In this document: piece by piece, positions 61,954 through 64,000 of the stretch | Layout of the letters: the number at the start of each line of letters is the position of its first letter | Position numbering within the stretch: position 1 is the first letter of the stretch | Assembly: GCA_002372235.1 (NCBI GenBank) | Contig: DFJI01000010.1 | Span: 13,773-77,772, forward strand | Length of the DNA: 64,000 bases | Source: Prevotella sp. UBA3675 | GTDB taxonomy: Bacteria > Bacteroidota > Bacteroidia > Bacteroidales > Bacteroidaceae | Reading direction: 5' to 3' | The notes under the pieces: model-generated | Seen by the model: only the letters and a program-made list of their open reading frames with translations | Database searches by the model: none | What the model was told of the DNA's origin: nothing | Translations under genes and position numbers: made by a program

Positions 61954-62211
61954 TTGCTTAGTGTTTTTTAAGTTTTAGTTATTGTTTCGAAATTTGGGTG
62001 TAAATTTACGACTTATTTTTAATTCGGCAAAGAATCCGCCCTATATATTTTCGAACTGCCTTTTGAAATTGATTCTTTTTAACAAATCGGGGACCATCGC
62101 TCCGCCTGATGCCACTCCCGAAAAAGCATTTCCCCTCCTGCGCGAGGAGGGGAAATCGGGGCCTGTGCTACATTCCTATACAGGAAGTGGTGGTGGCCGA
62201 TGGCGGTCAGC

Positions 62212-62763
62212 TTAGGGCTGCTCCTCCACACTGCCGCTGGTGCCGCCGCCCTGCTGCTGTTGTCCGCTGCCGCTGGTGCCGCTGTCGTCGTCGGTTGTCA
62301 GGCCGGCGCCTTTCATGATTGTGGTGGCCGACACGCGGGTGGCGTTGCGCGAGAGCACCGGGCTCAGGTAGAGTGAGCGGTCGCTGCGTTCGGGCGTGAA
62401 GCCCAACGAGAACACCACGTTCTGAATGTCGAGCTCCTCCATCGTCTCGGCACCGCCGTAGAGGGTCTCCCCCTTCTCGTTGGTGCCCATCTTCAGACGT
62501 GGCTTCAGGTAGAAGGTGCCCAGCCCGTCGAGCTTCACCTTGTGCGAGCTGAGCAGCAGCTCCTGAATGCAGTTCACGAACTTCCTGGTCACGCCATACA
62601 CCACGTCGCTGGTGAAGATGGTGCCGTGCTCCATGATGTGCTGGCACACGTCGTCGAGGGTCAGGGTCTTCAGGTTGAACACGCGCGGATACCAGCGGCC
62701 ATAGCTCTTCTGGCTGCTCTTGTTGTCGTTCTGCCGCTTGATGATAATTACTCCGTTTGACAT
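62212..62763 (-). CDS. HU-related DNA-binding protein (Bacteroidales HU_rel type) with low-complexity tail
   Basis: GRWYPR, TLDDVCQHI, DV.GV, VKLDGLGTF and a G/S/Q/D-rich C-terminus. TACCTTTG promoter element at 62897-62904 (minus). Confidence 0.82.
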   Translation of the reverse strand: MSNGVIIIKRQNDNKSSQKSYGRWYPRVFNLKTLTLDDVCQHIMEHGTIFTSDVVYGVTRKFVNCIQELLLSSHKVKLDGLGTFYLKPRLKMGTNEKGETLYGGAETMEELDIQNVVFSLGFTPERSDRSLYLSPVLSRNATRVSATTIMKGAGLTTDDDSGTSGSGQQQQGGGTSGSVEEQP

Positions 62764-62984
62764 AATGATTGTGTGTTTAAAGCCAGCCCCCCCTCAGTTT
62801 CCCCCACGGGGGGATGAATGGATGGGCGAGAGGGGGCTTGGGTGTGTTGATTATTAGGGTTAATTTTGTCTCTCAGTCGCTCGCGATTGACTGATACAAA
62901 GGTACGAATTTTTACTTGAATATCCAAATTTTAAAGCCATTATTTTCATGGAATTACCGATATTTTTAAGATAGAAATTTATGT

Positions 62985-63104
62985 TCGCCTACGGCGTAAC
63001 GCAAATGCCCGTAAATGAACCGTGAATAATCCGAGAATATTTACAAAAACATTTACGAGCCATTCACGGCTCATTTACGGGCATTCGCGTTGTGCCGAAG
63101 GCAA
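62985..63104. repeat. Long imperfect inverted repeat (about 43-bp arms, MITE/REP-like)
   Basis: Left arm TCGCCTACGGCGTAACGCAAATGCCCGTAAATGAACCGTGAAT; reverse complement of the right arm TTGCCTTCGGCACAACGCGAATGCCCGTAAATGAGCCGTGAAT. Confidence 0.85.
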
Positions 63105-63130
63105 TGGAGCTCCATTTTCTCGTCATTTTC

Positions 63131-63188
63131 GCCCGATGCATCTGACGGCTTGTTAAACGCATCGGACGGGCTGTCCGATGCGTCGTTC
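63131..63188. repeat. Three 21-bp-period quasi-palindromic units (same family as 40321)
   Basis: GCCCGATGCATCTGAC, GTTAAACGCATCGGAC and GTCCGATGCGTCGTTC at 63131, 63152 and 63173. Confidence 0.75.
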
Positions 63189-63199
63189 ACAGAAGGAAA

Positions 63200-64000
63200 T
63201 CAGAGCTCACCCAGCAGTACATCGCAGAGGTCGGTATTCGGAGGGTATGCCTCCAGACGCTTCGAAATATTATAGTCAACGTCTTTGACGAGCTGCATCT
63301 GCTCAGCCCATTTCTCGTAGCAACCGCTGTCGGGAAACAGTGTCACCCTGCGTCCTCGCAGGCATTCTGCCTTCTCGGGCGTGAGACCGCTACTGCCCGA
63401 TGTAGCCATCCACAGATATTCGGGCTGATAGGCCGCCATGACAAGTGCCGTCTTCTCGCTCTCCACTATGCACACATGCGCCTCAGGACGGCGAGGCAGC
63501 AGGTGCAGGCCGAAGAAGCACTGGTACAAGCGCCAGTCGGGATGCAGCAGTCCTGCTCGCATCAGCGGCGTGTGCGTCCATCCCTGAAAGCCGTCGCGAT
63601 GACCGTCGAAGCGGTACTGCATGATGTGGCCGCCATGCACCAGCCAATGATGGTCTATCTGCCAGAAGATGACGTTGCCGCGACGGGTAGCGCCGATGAG
63701 GTAGTCCTGATAGACTTGTTGGAGCTGCTGCTGCGAGAGGTTCAGATGCCTGGCAACCTGTGAAGAGAACCACTGCCAGAACACGCTGCGTGGCGACTGG
63801 CTGCGCAACACATAGTCGGTGGGCAGCGGCTGGAAGGGCGGCGGCGGCAGGGGCTGGCAATAGCGCTCCGGACGGGGCTCGCTCTCCCTTGCCCACTGAT
63901 GGTCGTGATAGTATTCCGAAGGCTTGTAGTGATAGCCGCAGGAGTGCTGGTGATCGCACTTGCCAACGCTGTCGGCCACATAGCTGAAGCCGTTACGTGT
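63200..64000 (-). CDS. DUF6371 domain protein with zinc-ribbon N-terminus (primase/Toprim-like), 5' end outside the window
   Basis: The frame stays open to the window edge (TRNGFSYVADSVGKCDHQHSCGYHYKP). Motifs IFWQID, QCFFGLHLL, IVESEKTA, WMATSG, TLFPD, DLCD. Confidence 0.8.
   Translation of the reverse strand, partial: TRNGFSYVADSVGKCDHQHSCGYHYKPSEYYHDHQWARESEPRPERYCQPLPPPPFQPLPTDYVLRSQSPRSVFWQWFSSQVARHLNLSQQQLQQVYQDYLIGATRRGNVIFWQIDHHWLVHGGHIMQYRFDGHRDGFQGWTHTPLMRAGLLHPDWRLYQCFFGLHLLPRRPEAHVCIVESEKTALVMAAYQPEYLWMATSGSSGLTPEKAECLRGRRVTLFPDSGCYEKWAEQMQLVKDVDYNISKRLEAYPPNTDLCDVLLGEL

Overview
Chromosomal window from a Bacteroidales bacterium, most likely Prevotella/Segatella-like (inferred from gene content, TAnnTTTG -7 promoters and protein similarity recalled from memory; no database search was run). 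It is mostly core genome: dnaJ 3' end, folC, galM-permease-galK, dciA-recF, ribH, lepA, ald, yebC, pheT, rplU-rpmA, htpG, uxuAB, spt, trmD, trpS, dnaN, rpmB-rpmG, tsaD, tRNA-Pro and tRNA-Cys, plus an L-arabinose cluster without araB. The most interesting items are: (1) a 1255-aa GT2 + DUF4922 (HIT/GalT-like) + SpoIID/LytB triple fusion followed by two AmpG-like permeases, a candidate uncharacterised peptidoglycan-salvage pathway; (2) a tatA-tatC operon with its own cargo (membrane polyferredoxin and Tat-lipoprotein Fe-S aldo/keto reductase); (3) sigma54-type -24/-12 promoters in front of both htpG and cbpA; (4) dispersed 21-bp-period quasi-palindromic repeats, one array in frame inside a gene; (5) a small wHTH / MBL-rubredoxin fusion / internally deleted ZIP transporter operon; (6) two possibly related orphan genes, a terminator and a promoter inserted between araD and araA. 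No CRISPR array, rRNA, transposase or integrase was seen.
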